A DNA stretch of 64,000 nt. Source: an uncultured delta proteobacterium. Its GTDB lineage: Bacteria; Myxococcota_A; Polyangia; Polyangiales; Polyangiaceae. Shown piece by piece: positions 48,638-58,806 of this stretch. The position numbers and the translations under genes are program-made. The notes beneath the pieces were generated by a model. The model was not told the origin of the DNA. It saw nothing but the letters and a program-made list of their open reading frames with translations, and did no database searches. Within the stretch, counting starts at the first letter, position 1. Every line of letters starts with the position of its first letter. Location of the stretch: contig CAVQUB010000015.1 of NCBI GenBank assembly GCA_963716725.1, positions 384,001 to 448,000 of the forward strand, in the 5' to 3' direction.

Positions 48638-49960
48638 TCATTCTTGGGTCTCCTCACATCTTCGTGGATGCGGGGAGTAGCCACCGTCGGGGAGGCCGCG
48701 CCGGCGAGTCGGGTCTTCGCCTGCACCAGGGGCTCCGGGGACGCCGGCGCTCCCTCGGCATCGCGCAGGCGACACGGTGGGGGTGAGCTCGGCGAGCGCC
48801 GCCCTGAGGAGCGGCTCGAGCCCGGGCTCGACGCCTCGAGCGCGCGCTTGCTCGACCGCGCGGCGAGCCTTCGCAACGCGAAAGCCGAGCCGTACCAGTG
48901 CGGCCTGGATCTTCTCTGAGCTCTCGTCCCGCTCGGTCGGCGTGTCCGGACCTGGCTTCTTCTCGCTCGCTTCAGCGATCTTCTTCCGGATCTGATCTTC
49001 GCCGAAGACTTCTCGTGCGCGCAGGGCGTTGTGCGATGAACACAGGAGAGAGAGGTTGTCCACGGTGGCCGGACCGCCGAGCGCGTGCGGCTCGATGTGC
49101 TCGACGGTGACGAAGCGCCGCTCCGAGCAGCGCCGGCCCTCGCTGTCGAGGTAAGTGCACTGCCCGCCATCCCGCTTCCAGACGACGCGGGCGACCTCCA
49201 CGGGGACATGCCGCGAGCCTGGCTCGATCGCGCGTCGCTTGCGCGGCTTGCCCGCGCCGAAGCGGCGCTTCGTCTCGGCCTCGAGCAGCGCCTCGATGGC
49301 GCGCTCGAACAGCGCGGCGAGATCCCCGCTGGGGATGGCGTGGCCCAGGAGGTTCTGGGCCTTCACGAGCTTGTCGTGGAGCGCGGCGCTGGCGGTGAAT
49401 TCGACCCGGTAGCTGGACGCGGAGAGCGGCTGCACTCGGGGCTTCGGAGCCGGCGCGGGCGCGGGCTCCGTGCACGCGCCGGGCGCCGCGGTGGAAGGAC
49501 CATGCTCGAGCATGATCGCTGGACAGCCGGGCAAGGGCGTCACGCTCGGCAGAACGTCCGACCGAGGAAATGAGCGGGCCAGCAAACACTCGAGGTCACG
49601 CCGAGACTTGCCCCGAGCTTCGGCGAGCAGGGCATCGGCGTTCTCCAAGGTCAGCCGCCCCGACAAAAGGAACAGGCCGGTCAGGTGGATTCGCCCGCTC
49701 CGGAGCTCGTCCAGGGCCTGGGGCAGGCGCTGGCAGAGCCGGGCCACGCCGACCCGCACCTGGGCCTCGTTCTCGGAGTAGCCGAGCCGCTCGGTGCAAT
49801 ACGAGGAGAGCGATGAGCACGCCGCCGCTGTGTACAAGCGGCGGCGGTCGAGCTCGCAGAGGTACGCGATGAGCTCGGCGGTGGCTTCGCGTTCGAGAGC
49901 CCGAAGGCTGGGCAAACGCGCGAGGAGAGCCTGGTTGTCGAGAGAGTCGAGCGCGAACAT
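48638..49960 (-). CDS. HNH endonuclease with DUF222-like N-terminus and RuvA-C-like helical tail
   Basis: ELIAYLCELDRRRLY...SL..YCTERLGYSE..A..R, RHVP..V...VWKRDGGQC...C...VEHIEPHALGG..TVDNL.LLC..HN, and AALVRLGF...A..AV. Confidence 0.85.
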   Translation of the reverse strand: MFALDSLDNQALLARLPSLRALEREATAELIAYLCELDRRRLYTAAACSSLSSYCTERLGYSENEAQVRVGVARLCQRLPQALDELRSGRIHLTGLFLLSGRLTLENADALLAEARGKSRRDLECLLARSFPRSDVLPSVTPLPGCPAIMLEHGPSTAAPGACTEPAPAPAPKPRVQPLSASSYRVEFTASAALHDKLVKAQNLLGHAIPSGDLAALFERAIEALLEAETKRRFGAGKPRKRRAIEPGSRHVPVEVARVVWKRDGGQCTYLDSEGRRCSERRFVTVEHIEPHALGGPATVDNLSLLCSSHNALRAREVFGEDQIRKKIAEASEKKPGPDTPTERDESSEKIQAALVRLGFRVAKARRAVEQARARGVEPGLEPLLRAALAELTPTVSPARCRGSAGVPGAPGAGEDPTRRRGLPDGGYSPHPRRCEETQE

Positions 49961-50518
49961 GTCTCGGCATACCACGAGGATTTTCCGGTCCCGCCGCGGC
50001 CACCGAGAGCGACGAACGCAGAGCTCGACGCGTCGAAAGTCATCCGAGAGCCAGAGCGCCGTCGTGGATCATCCTCGCGCTCGCACGCGGCAATTTTCGA
50101 ACGAAGCGTCATCCCCGCGCGTCGTGCGTTCAGAAACCTGTCCACCGAAATCGTGCGAGAAGCGTTCTTTTTCGATTCGCAGCCAGCTGAAGCGTGCGCC
50201 AGAACCACGGTGCTTGCACACCCCCCACACAGAACCAAGCAAAGGGTCGTGCACGGATTGCCGTCGGTGGGCTTGGCAGCGGCAGCGTCGTGGGTGTGGC
50301 GGCGCGCACGTGAAGCGAAGGTCTCCGGCTCCTGCCTGCGCTCGTCCACATCACGCGCATGCGCGGCTTCCTCGATGCGTGCGGGACGATTGCCGTCGCC
50401 GCAGTCGTAATTGATCGTGAACGCGTCGCTTCTTGCGCCCGTCCGGCCCGACTACCGAGCAAGACTGGCTTCAGACGCCCACGAACATGTCAGGAGAGCC
50501 TCATTTTTCGACAGATCT

Positions 50519-52084
50519 TCAGCCGTAGCGGTCGCGGCCCATCCGCGCGCCGAGCACCGATTGGTCGAATAGATCTCCGGCGAGGGTCTCGATGACCTCC
50601 CGGAGTTCGACCTCGTCGAGCCAACGTGCGGGCAGCGCGGTGGTGCCGTGCGCGGCGCCGAGCAGGCTTCCCACCAAGCTGCCGGTGCTGTCGCTGTCGC
50701 CTCCGTGAGCCACCGCCCGCCACAGCGTCTCGGCGACTGCGTCGCTCGTGAGCGCGCATGAGAGCGCGATCGCCAGCGCGCTCTCGCCCGTCCAGCCGCC
50801 GCCGAAGGACTCGATGTCAGCCGCGCTCGGCGGCCCGCCCATCGACAGCTCCTTGGCCCGAGCCACGAAGCTCTGGGTCTCTTCGGCGCTGAACTCACAG
50901 GCCAGCAGCGCGTCTGCCGCGTCCATCGCTTCGCGCAACTCGCCGCCGCGGGAGAGATCGTGGATCAACGCGGCGAAGTATCCGGCCGACAGGTAGCCGC
51001 TCGGGTGGCCATGGGTGAGTGCGCCGGCGTCTCGACCGAGCTCGAAGGCGACGTCGCGCGAAGCTGCTGCCAGACCAATCGGGGCCGAGCGCATGATCGC
51101 ACCGCAGCCCTTGCTGTCGTTGGCGCGAGCGTTGACACTGAAACGCGCGCTGCCCCGAGCCCGGGCGTTCAGGGCCGAGAGACAGGTGTTGCCGGGGGCC
51201 CGTCGGGCATGCAGCCGCTCCACGGAAGTGAGCCAGCCTCCGACCGGCGGCGAGGTCGCGACTTGGGTGGCGAGCCAGCGCAGATAGGCTTGCTCGATGC
51301 GGTCGAGGGCGTCCCTGGGATCGTCCGCCACGATCAGGCCTTCGGCGGTGAACAACGTCATTTGCGTGTCGTCGGACACCAGCGCCGGCGGCGAGTCGGA
51401 GTAGGCCAGGGGGGCAGGCGCCGTCGGACCCCAGCGCGTCACGATGGAGTGGGCGTTGTCGAACTCGACGGGATAGCCCAGCGCATCCCCGATGGCGCCC
51501 CCGAGCAGGCAGCCTTCGAATCGAGTGAAAGGGACTGGCAACGCTGGGCGCTCCGCGTCGGGTAGCGCGTGGACCAGGTCGAGCTGTTCGCTCGTCTCGA
51601 TGGCGCCGGGGCGTACCTGGCGCACGGCGGCGACGGCTTGCTCGGCGCTGAGGCCGCGCGCTCGCAGGCAGGCGGCGACCACCACTCCGCTGCGTCCGAG
51701 GCCGCCTCGGCAGTGGACCGCCACGTTGTGTCCCTTCGCAGCCGAGTCGATGATGGCGCGAACCAGCTCGTCGAGATCCGATCGAGATCCTGGCACCGAG
51801 GCGTCAACGACGGGAAGTTCACGGAAAACCAGGCCAAAGCTGGCGGCGCGTTCGGGCAGCGCGGCCATGCCGAGTCGCCCGCGCTCGTCGGGCTCCATCA
51901 ACGAGATCAAGTGATCGACGCGATGGACCTCACGCAGCCGCCTCAGATCTTCGTCGAGATCGCGTTGCCAGCGCCCGTCGCATTTTCCTGGTCCAATCGT
52001 GATGCCAATGCGGCCGGCGAGACCGGTGAGGTGGCCGGGGACGAAGGCGACCCGGATCGGGCTCTGGATCGAGGTGACCCCCAT
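50519..52084 (-). CDS. Fusion of a dual-specificity/Tyr phosphatase and an ADP-ribosylglycohydrolase
   Basis: HCRGGLGRS and RPGAIET, then GGAIGDALG.PVEF, SDDTQMT, SKGCGAIMR, THGHP and GDSDSTGS. Confidence 0.92.
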   Translation of the reverse strand: MGVTSIQSPIRVAFVPGHLTGLAGRIGITIGPGKCDGRWQRDLDEDLRRLREVHRVDHLISLMEPDERGRLGMAALPERAASFGLVFRELPVVDASVPGSRSDLDELVRAIIDSAAKGHNVAVHCRGGLGRSGVVVAACLRARGLSAEQAVAAVRQVRPGAIETSEQLDLVHALPDAERPALPVPFTRFEGCLLGGAIGDALGYPVEFDNAHSIVTRWGPTAPAPLAYSDSPPALVSDDTQMTLFTAEGLIVADDPRDALDRIEQAYLRWLATQVATSPPVGGWLTSVERLHARRAPGNTCLSALNARARGSARFSVNARANDSKGCGAIMRSAPIGLAAASRDVAFELGRDAGALTHGHPSGYLSAGYFAALIHDLSRGGELREAMDAADALLACEFSAEETQSFVARAKELSMGGPPSAADIESFGGGWTGESALAIALSCALTSDAVAETLWRAVAHGGDSDSTGSLVGSLLGAAHGTTALPARWLDEVELREVIETLAGDLFDQSVLGARMGRDRYG

Positions 52085-52139
52085 GCTGGCAAGTGTCGCA
52101 CAAGTCGCGATCGATCGGTCAGTCGGCTAGGCTCCGCGC

Positions 52140-53823
52140 GTGCTCGGCCCCTTTGTCCGTGCGGCGATCCCGCTCTTGGTGCTCCTGCCGGCCTGCGGAA
52201 AGAAGCGCTCCGAACCGGCGCCGATCCCGAGCACGATCGTGACGGTAGGGTCGACGGCGGCGGACGCAGCGGCGGGGTCGGTGGCGGCGGACGCCGGGGC
52301 GGCGGCGACGGATCCCGGCGCCGCGCGGCCTCCGAAGCGGACCGCCTGTCCTGACGAGATGGCCCTGATCGACGCGCGCTTCTGCGTCGACCGCTGGGAG
52401 GCGACCACCGTCGAGTCCGGCGGCAAAGCGCACTCGCCGCACCACGCCGTGGGTCCCAAGAAGGTCGAAGCACGCAGCCAGGGCGGTGTACTGCCCCAGG
52501 CCTACATCTCGGCGGAGGAGGGCGACGCGGCCTGTCGCCGCGCGGGCAAGCACCTGTGCACGACCCAACAGTGGCAGGACGCCTGCATGGGCGTGGCCCG
52601 CCCGTATCGCATCTACCCCTACGGCATGGAGTACGAGAAGGGTGCGTGCAACGTCGCCCGGCGCTTGCACCCCGTCGTGCGAGTCCACGGCAAGTACCTG
52701 CACGACTCGGTGATTCTCGAACGATCCGAAGCTCAACCAACTGACCGACACGGTGGCGAAGACTGGCGAGTTCTCTGGGTGTTCGACCCCCGAGGGAGTG
52801 TTCGACATGCAGGGCAACCTGCTCGAGTGGACGCAGGGCGACCAGAAGGCGCTGCTGATGGGCGGCCACTACGTGGAGGCAAAGCTACACGGCAAGGGCT
52901 GCCGCTACGTGACCGCGGGGCACGGCGCCGAGTATCACGACTTCACCACTGGGTTTCGTTGCTGCAAGAAGGCGGACAAAGAAGCGCTGGCGCAGTTGGC
53001 GGATGCGCCCGCGCCCGCGTCCGCGTCCGCATCAGCGCCCGTGGCTTCGAGCGCGCCCTCCGGCGCGGGACCCTCGGATCCGCCGGGCATGCGCGGGTTC
53101 ACCAGCAACACCGGCAAGCTGCCCAAGCTCTCACCGCCCGCCTACGCGGCTCCGGATGCGACCTGCCCAGTCGACATGGCGCACGTCGCCGGCCTGCGCT
53201 GCGCGGAGCCCAGGCAAATCTGCAAGCGCTGGCTTCCGCGGCTCAGCGCCGGGAAGAAGATCGCGTGCGCGGAGTTCGCCGAGCCCAGCGAGTGCGCCGG
53301 CGCACGACGCAAGCTCGACTATTGCATCGATCAATACGAGTTCACGCCGCCGGGCTATTCCCACCCGCTCACCCACGTGAACTGGGGTGAAGCCCAGAAC
53401 CTGTGTCGCGCGATGGACAAGCGTCTGTGTTTCGAGGACGAGTGGGAGTTCGCCTGCGAGGGCCCGGAGGCGCTGCCGTACCCCTACGGATTCGTGCGCG
53501 ACGGTAAGCGTTGCAACCACGATTTTCCCGAAGAACAGCTGGTGACCGGGCCGGATCAGTTCATCGACCGTCGTGTTGCCAAGGACTCGTTGCCCGGCTG
53601 CAAGAGCCCCTTTGGCGTGTTCAACCTGGTGGGCAACGTGGACGAGTGGACGGTGCGCTACAACCAGCCAGCCGGGCGTCGTGCGATCTTGCGCGGTGGC
53701 TGGTGGCTGATCGGGCGCAACCGCTGTCGGGCCGCCACGGACAATCACGGGGAGCAATATGCGGGCGTGCAGACCGGGTTTCGCTGCTGCAAATCCAGCC
53801 GTGGTAGCCTGAAGTCGCAATGA
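52140..53823 (+). CDS. Lipoprotein with two FGE-sulfatase (SUMF1)-like domains (frameshift near 52719)
   Basis: CPDEMA..FCVDRWE, FDMQGNLLEW..TGFRCC, then YCIDQYE, EWEFAC, NLVGNVDEW and TGFRCC. Confidence 0.85.
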
Positions 53824-54083
53824 GCCGGGTGCCGGTGAGCGTGCTGGTCAGCGTGCGGGGAAAGGACGTGCCGCTCGATCAGGTTCGGGATCCTTCCGTC
53901 GTGCGTGCATTCCGTCAGCTCGCGGACGACGTTGGCAAGAAGCTGGCGACGGTCACCTGTGCACAGCACAAGCAGGGACCGACGCAGGTTCGGCTCGCGG
54001 TGGACCACGCGGGCAACGCAGATTTGCGCTACGAATCGTGCTGCCTCGCGCTGCGCGACGCCGTCGGCAAACAGCTTGCTTGA
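53820..54083 (+). CDS. Small hypothetical protein (CxxH...CC)
   Basis: ATGA overlap with the upstream gene and plausible codon usage. Confidence 0.65.
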   Translation: MSRVPVSVLVSVRGKDVPLDQVRDPSVVRAFRQLADDVGKKLATVTCAQHKQGPTQVRLAVDHAGNADLRYESCCLALRDAVGKQLA

Positions 54084-54086
54084 GCC

Positions 54087-55901
54087 TCAGTGCCGCCACT
54101 CGCGATGGTCGGTCCGGCTCACGACTTCGACGGAGGCGAGGGCCGTGCCGAAAGCCTTGTCGTAGAAGCGCTGGGCCGCTCCACGCAGCTCGTCGGGCGG
54201 TTTCGCCAAGATCGCGGTCCAGAGCTGGGCGAAGCGCCCGGGGCGGATCACGCCTTGGCCGACGAGGGCGTCGGAGTCGAGTCCGAGCTCCGCCGCGATC
54301 CCCCGGAAGGCGGCCAGGGCGGCGTGCCAGTAGGTACCGCCGCGGCCGACGAAGACATGCCGGGACAAGAGGACCAGCTCGAGCACTGGCGAGTGAGTGC
54401 TTGCGATCACGCTAGCCAAGTACGCGGAGAGTTCTTCGCGCGCGCGTGCGCGCAGGGTTCCTTCGGGGGCATCGAGAGGGTCGTCGACTCCGAGCTGCTT
54501 GCAGAGGATCTCCGGGACCGGAAACAAACCGCGCGCGAAGTCGATGCGGTGCTGCACCTCGTGGCGCTCGACGGAGCTCGCGTAGAAGTCCCGAAGGCGG
54601 CGAAAAGCTGCGGCCGGACCCGGCCTCGACAGCTCCGCGTGCAGTGAGTCCCACTCGCCGAGCTGGGCGCGAGGCACGCGCAGCGAGAGATCTTCGGCGT
54701 AGTCCGCTTCGGGCACGAGTCGTTCGGGCACGCGCAGCACCTGGCCGAGGCCGGCGAGATCCTTGCGCCAGCTCTCGACCAACGTGCGCCTGCGAGCGAG
54801 CAGCTCGCCGACGCGACGCACCTCGCCGTCGCGTCCCGGATCGGTGGCGGCAAAGTAGCTTCGCACCAGCTCACCCGCGCGGGCGTTCACGGCGGGGACC
54901 CAGCTCTGACCGCGCATATCGGCCTCGTAGTCCGCGGCTTCGTCCACCAGGCTCATCGGCTGCCCCTCGGGCAATGCCGGCAACACGTAGCGCACCAGAT
55001 CGCTCTCGACCTGATCGAGCAGCACCGTCGCGGCGGGCATGCTCGGCCGGGTGTACCCAGTGTAACCCTGCACCACGTTCAGCCGGTCGAGGCGCCAAAG
55101 GTGGACCACCCGATGGGTGTCGCCGCCGCTCTTCATCAACACCTCGCGCTCGACGTAGAACCCCAGCAGGGCGGCTCGGGGCCCCGTCGGTCCAGGCAGC
55201 AGGTCGGTGTCGACAAAGAAGGGATGTTTGCCCTCGGCGAGCGCCCGGTTGAAGGCGCCGGCCGCCAGCGTCATGCGGTGACTGGCCTCCTGGATGTGCT
55301 CGGCGCTCGACGTGCCGCCGACGGCCGCCGCCGCGTCGAGCAGCTCTGCCAGGCGATCGGTGGGCGCGGGCCCGAGGGCCTTCCGCACCGCGGCGCTGGT
55401 CGCGGCGGTTCGGGCTTGGCGCTGAGCCGCCGCGTCCCCGCGGCTCGTCGCGATCACGAAGCTGGTCATGTGCTCGGAGAGGGCTCGACCGTCGGCAGCG
55501 CTGCGGGGATCAAAGGGACGCGTGAGCTTCCACCCCACGAAGGCGGCGAGGGTGGACAACAGCGCGATGGCCACCAGGCTGAGCGTGAGCCACGGGCCGC
55601 GCCGTGGCGGCTTCAGCGTGGCCGCCAGCCCCAACTGCTCGGCGGCGACGGCCGCTATATCGTCAAAGTCCGCATCGGGGGAGCCCTTGGCCACCGACAA
55701 GAAGGCGATGCGGGCCAGGTGGACCGGGTCGTGAACGTTGGTGCCGAGGTGCGCGCGATCCAGGGCCGACAGCAGGATGCGCTTGGCCCGCCAGCGGATC
55801 AGCGGATCGAAGCGACGGAGCTCTTGCTTTGCGAGCTCCGGCCGGCCGCCCTCGATGGCGGCGGCGAGGGCCGCGAGGGTGGCTCGCTGCACTCGCTTCA
55901 T
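54087..55901 (-). CDS. Membrane-anchored hypothetical protein with HEXXH motif
   Basis: Starts MKRVQRATL at a TGATG overlap. One TM segment and VERHEVQHRID...REELSAYL. Confidence 0.7.
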   Translation of the reverse strand: MKRVQRATLAALAAAIEGGRPELAKQELRRFDPLIRWRAKRILLSALDRAHLGTNVHDPVHLARIAFLSVAKGSPDADFDDIAAVAAEQLGLAATLKPPRRGPWLTLSLVAIALLSTLAAFVGWKLTRPFDPRSAADGRALSEHMTSFVIATSRGDAAAQRQARTAATSAAVRKALGPAPTDRLAELLDAAAAVGGTSSAEHIQEASHRMTLAAGAFNRALAEGKHPFFVDTDLLPGPTGPRAALLGFYVEREVLMKSGGDTHRVVHLWRLDRLNVVQGYTGYTRPSMPAATVLLDQVESDLVRYVLPALPEGQPMSLVDEAADYEADMRGQSWVPAVNARAGELVRSYFAATDPGRDGEVRRVGELLARRRTLVESWRKDLAGLGQVLRVPERLVPEADYAEDLSLRVPRAQLGEWDSLHAELSRPGPAAAFRRLRDFYASSVERHEVQHRIDFARGLFPVPEILCKQLGVDDPLDAPEGTLRARAREELSAYLASVIASTHSPVLELVLLSRHVFVGRGGTYWHAALAAFRGIAAELGLDSDALVGQGVIRPGRFAQLWTAILAKPPDELRGAAQRFYDKAFGTALASVEVVSRTDHREWRH

Positions 55902-58012
55902 CAGCGTGCGCCGCGAGGCGCCCCGGTCGGACGTTCGCGCAGACCGCGCGCCGGCCAGGCCGTGACCAATTTGGCTGGTGACATGCTCGTGTTCGGATCC
56001 GAGAACTGCGAATACCGATACTGCGACGTCGCTTGTCCCCACCACTGGAGACTCAAGTGGATGTGGTGATGGTGGTAAGGCCAGCCGCTTCCGTAGGCGA
56101 GGCGGGAGTCGAAGACAGAGAGTTCCTGCGCGCTGAGCTGCTTGGGATCTCCGGCCGCCAGCGCACCGAGATCCTTGGCAGCCTGGGCGATCAGCGGGGC
56201 GAGCACTTGATCGACTCCGATGACCCGGGTTCGAGGGTTGGAGATCAGCTTGGCCATGAAGAAGGCCTGGCGCGGCAGATCGACGGTGTGCTTGGTCTTG
56301 GCGGCGTCGGAGCAGAAGCCGTCGGCGTGCTTCGAGCCGTCGCCGCAGACGATGCGCGAGCGGTTGTCCGGGCCGGTCTGGAAATAGGCGATGTCTTGGT
56401 TGCCGCCCTGGTCGTGGGTTGAGGCCGGGTGCCGCGGATCGTCCACGTCGTAGCCCGGTGTGATGCCGTTGATCTGGCAGGTGTCGATCAGGCCCAGGGG
56501 CTTGGTGCCCGGGAAGGCCTTCTCGGTCTCGGCCAGCGCCGAACGCACCATCATCACCAGCTCGCGGCGCGCGAAGCGGTAGTTCGAGTAGCTGTCCCAG
56601 GCGTAGTTGTCCTCGGCCTTGCCGCTCTTGGTGTCCGGGAAGGGGAAGGGGATAAGTCCCGCTCCGCCCGCCGCTTGGCCGATGCACTCCGCTTCGCTGA
56701 ACACGCTCTGGCAGTCCTTGCCGTCTTGGTAGGCCAGCTCGTCGACGTGCAGGCTGTAGGCGTTCTCTCCGCCCCCAAAGCCGACCACGCGGAAGAAGTA
56801 TTGGTCCCCGCCGGCCTCGGACCACAGCCCGTAGTACTCGGTGTCGGTTTCGGAGCTGCGATCCATGTAGGGATAGGTGTCGCCGATTCGCGAGCCGACG
56901 AGCTTGCCCGCGGCGTCGAAGACCACGAGATCGAGATCGCCGGCCGCGTGAGCGAACTCGATCCCGACGCGCACCACCTTGCCCTTCGGCACCGTGACCT
57001 GCCACCAGTCGCTGTCGCCGTTGCACGAGATCAGGCCTTCGGTCACGCCCTTTGGGGCGGGCTTGGCGGTGGCTTGGGTGTCGTTGTCCTCGAACGAGTC
57101 GTCTTTGCCGTTGCAGACGAAGGGCTCCTTGCTGCAGGTGCCCTGATCGCACCAGCTGTTCTTGGGGCACCAACCGCTGGGCTTCTTGGCCGAGCAGGCC
57201 ACGTCTTCGGGGATGCAGCCCGCGCTGCCGAGGCAGACGAGACCGGTTGGGCACGCCGCAGCCGCGTCGCAGCCGGGGCGACAATAGGTGCCAGATCCGT
57301 CCTCGGTCTTTGCGCACCAATGTCCGACGCGGCAGTCGAGATCCATGCCGCAGCCCTGCACGCAAATGCCGCTTCCATCCGTGGCCGCGGGTTGGCAGGA
57401 GCCCTGCCCACACACGCTCGAGTCTTGGCAGCCGAAGGAGAGGCAGTAGCCCCCGAGCCAGCCGTGCACGGCGCCGGAACCCTCGTAGCAGCTCGCGTCG
57501 GTGGTGGTGCACTCGGTGTCGTCGCTGCATTGGGCGCCGGGCTCCCCGGCGGGCGGCTCGAACAAGTCGCAGAAAGTGCCGCTCGTGGGGTCGCAACTCT
57601 TGCCCTTGATGGGCGCGCACACCTCGTGGCGGTTGATGGCGCCGCCGGTGCACGCCGCCGCGTCGATTTGCGGCAAGCAGAAGCCGTTGCCGCCGAGCAC
57701 CGTCGAGTTGAAGCAGAGGGCGCCCGGATCGCAGGCTTCAGCCGCGCCCGGCGCGGAGCACGGCGCGGTCGCCCGAGTCACGCACAGGCCGTGCAGGCAG
57801 ACGCCCGGGTGGGTCGCGGTGCCATCGCAGCCTGCGTTCGCAGTGCACGCGCTGCCCGGAGGCTGCGGGCCCAGCGCATCCGCGCCCGTGTCGCTGCCCG
57901 CGTCTGGTTTGTTCTGTGCGCCGCCGCCGTCGTCGGAGCTGCATCCGGGGGCGAAGACGAACGCGCCGGCGAGAGCGCCGAACGAGAGGACCGAAATCGT
58001 GCGGAGGGTCAT
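55901..58012 (-). CDS. Lipoprotein with Cys-rich repeats, PPC domain and C-terminal MepA/LAS-type Zn peptidase domain
   Basis: Lipobox APGC, FEDND..ATA..DSDWW...GDLDLVV (PPC), RHPASTHDQGGNQDIAY and HHHHIHLS. Confidence 0.75.
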   Translation of the reverse strand: MTLRTISVLSFGALAGAFVFAPGCSSDDGGGAQNKPDAGSDTGADALGPQPPGSACTANAGCDGTATHPGVCLHGLCVTRATAPCSAPGAAEACDPGALCFNSTVLGGNGFCLPQIDAAACTGGAINRHEVCAPIKGKSCDPTSGTFCDLFEPPAGEPGAQCSDDTECTTTDASCYEGSGAVHGWLGGYCLSFGCQDSSVCGQGSCQPAATDGSGICVQGCGMDLDCRVGHWCAKTEDGSGTYCRPGCDAAAACPTGLVCLGSAGCIPEDVACSAKKPSGWCPKNSWCDQGTCSKEPFVCNGKDDSFEDNDTQATAKPAPKGVTEGLISCNGDSDWWQVTVPKGKVVRVGIEFAHAAGDLDLVVFDAAGKLVGSRIGDTYPYMDRSSETDTEYYGLWSEAGGDQYFFRVVGFGGGENAYSLHVDELAYQDGKDCQSVFSEAECIGQAAGGAGLIPFPFPDTKSGKAEDNYAWDSYSNYRFARRELVMMVRSALAETEKAFPGTKPLGLIDTCQINGITPGYDVDDPRHPASTHDQGGNQDIAYFQTGPDNRSRIVCGDGSKHADGFCSDAAKTKHTVDLPRQAFFMAKLISNPRTRVIGVDQVLAPLIAQAAKDLGALAAGDPKQLSAQELSVFDSRLAYGSGWPYHHHHIHLSLQWWGQATSQYRYSQFSDPNTSMSPAKLVTAWPARGLRERPTGAPRGAR

Positions 58013-58095
58013 GCGGCCGCGGAGGGTGCCACGGCTTCTGCGTCTTGCCAGCTGCTTCGAAAAATGGCGGGTGATTTCGGCTGGGCGCGCGTGCG

Positions 58096-58692
58096 TCACA
58101 GACGCGAGAAGCTTCGCAGACGTTCCATCGCGGACTTCTGCCCGAAGCGCTCGGCGAAGTCCCGCGCACTCCGGCCGGCGTAGTCGGTGGCTCTGCCGTC
58201 GGCGCCGCGGGCCACCAAGACGTCGAGGGCCGCGGTGTGCCCGAAGGCCGCCGCGGCCATCAGCGCGGTGGTGCCTGCGGCGGTGGCGCGCCCTTCCGGG
58301 GCGTAGCGCGCGTTGGGATCGGCGCCGCGTGCGAGCAGGGTCCACACCGCTTCGCCGTGGCCGATCTGCGGCGCTCGAGCGCTCCACGCGGCGGAGCGGA
58401 CGTCGGTCTGGTCCGGATCGGCGAGAAAAGCGTGCAGCGCCGGGTGTCCGGCCGCCGCGGCGAAGAAGATGGGAGCCACGCCTCGGCCGTCCGGCGCGTT
58501 CGGGTTGGCTCCGGATTCGAACAGAACCATCACAACCTCGTTCGCGCCCGCGGCGATGGCGAGGCAGAGGGCGGTTGGGGTGAGTAGCGCGCCCGCAGCG
58601 ATCAGCTCCTGCGCCCGAGCAAGGTCCCCGGCTGCAGCCGATTCTTCGAGCACGGCGGCCAAAGAGGCTCTCGTTGCCTCCTGGTTGGACAT
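58096..58692 (-). CDS. Ankyrin-repeat protein
   Basis: GANPNAPDGRGVAPIFFAA, LLARGADPNA and GTTALMAAAAFGH. Confidence 0.85.
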   Translation of the reverse strand: MSNQEATRASLAAVLEESAAAGDLARAQELIAAGALLTPTALCLAIAAGANEVVMVLFESGANPNAPDGRGVAPIFFAAAAGHPALHAFLADPDQTDVRSAAWSARAPQIGHGEAVWTLLARGADPNARYAPEGRATAAGTTALMAAAAFGHTAALDVLVARGADGRATDYAGRSARDFAERFGQKSAMERLRSFSRL

Positions 58693-58806
58693 GGAGAGCC
58701 GATGGTAGCGCGACGGGGCGCCGCGGGTCGAATGAGCTGCGACGCGAGAGCGTCTGGGAGTGTGAGCGTGTCCGACGGCAGCTTGACCCGAAGCAGGTCC
58801 CGCCGC

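Larger units (their letters stand above)
47812..50517 (-). mobile_element. 2706-bp non-autonomous IS1182-like element with HNH passenger gene
   Basis: TIRs GATCTGTCGAACAA (47812-25) and TTTTTCGACAGATC (50504-17) match at 13/14. TTCAG is duplicated at 47807-11 and 50518-22. Confidence 0.8.

Noticed and set aside
55902..57653. 1188-aa ORF 54087..57653 as one protein
   Set aside because: The upstream half is an Arg-rich shadow frame of the 55901..58012 gene. Sensible sequence starts at 55901.
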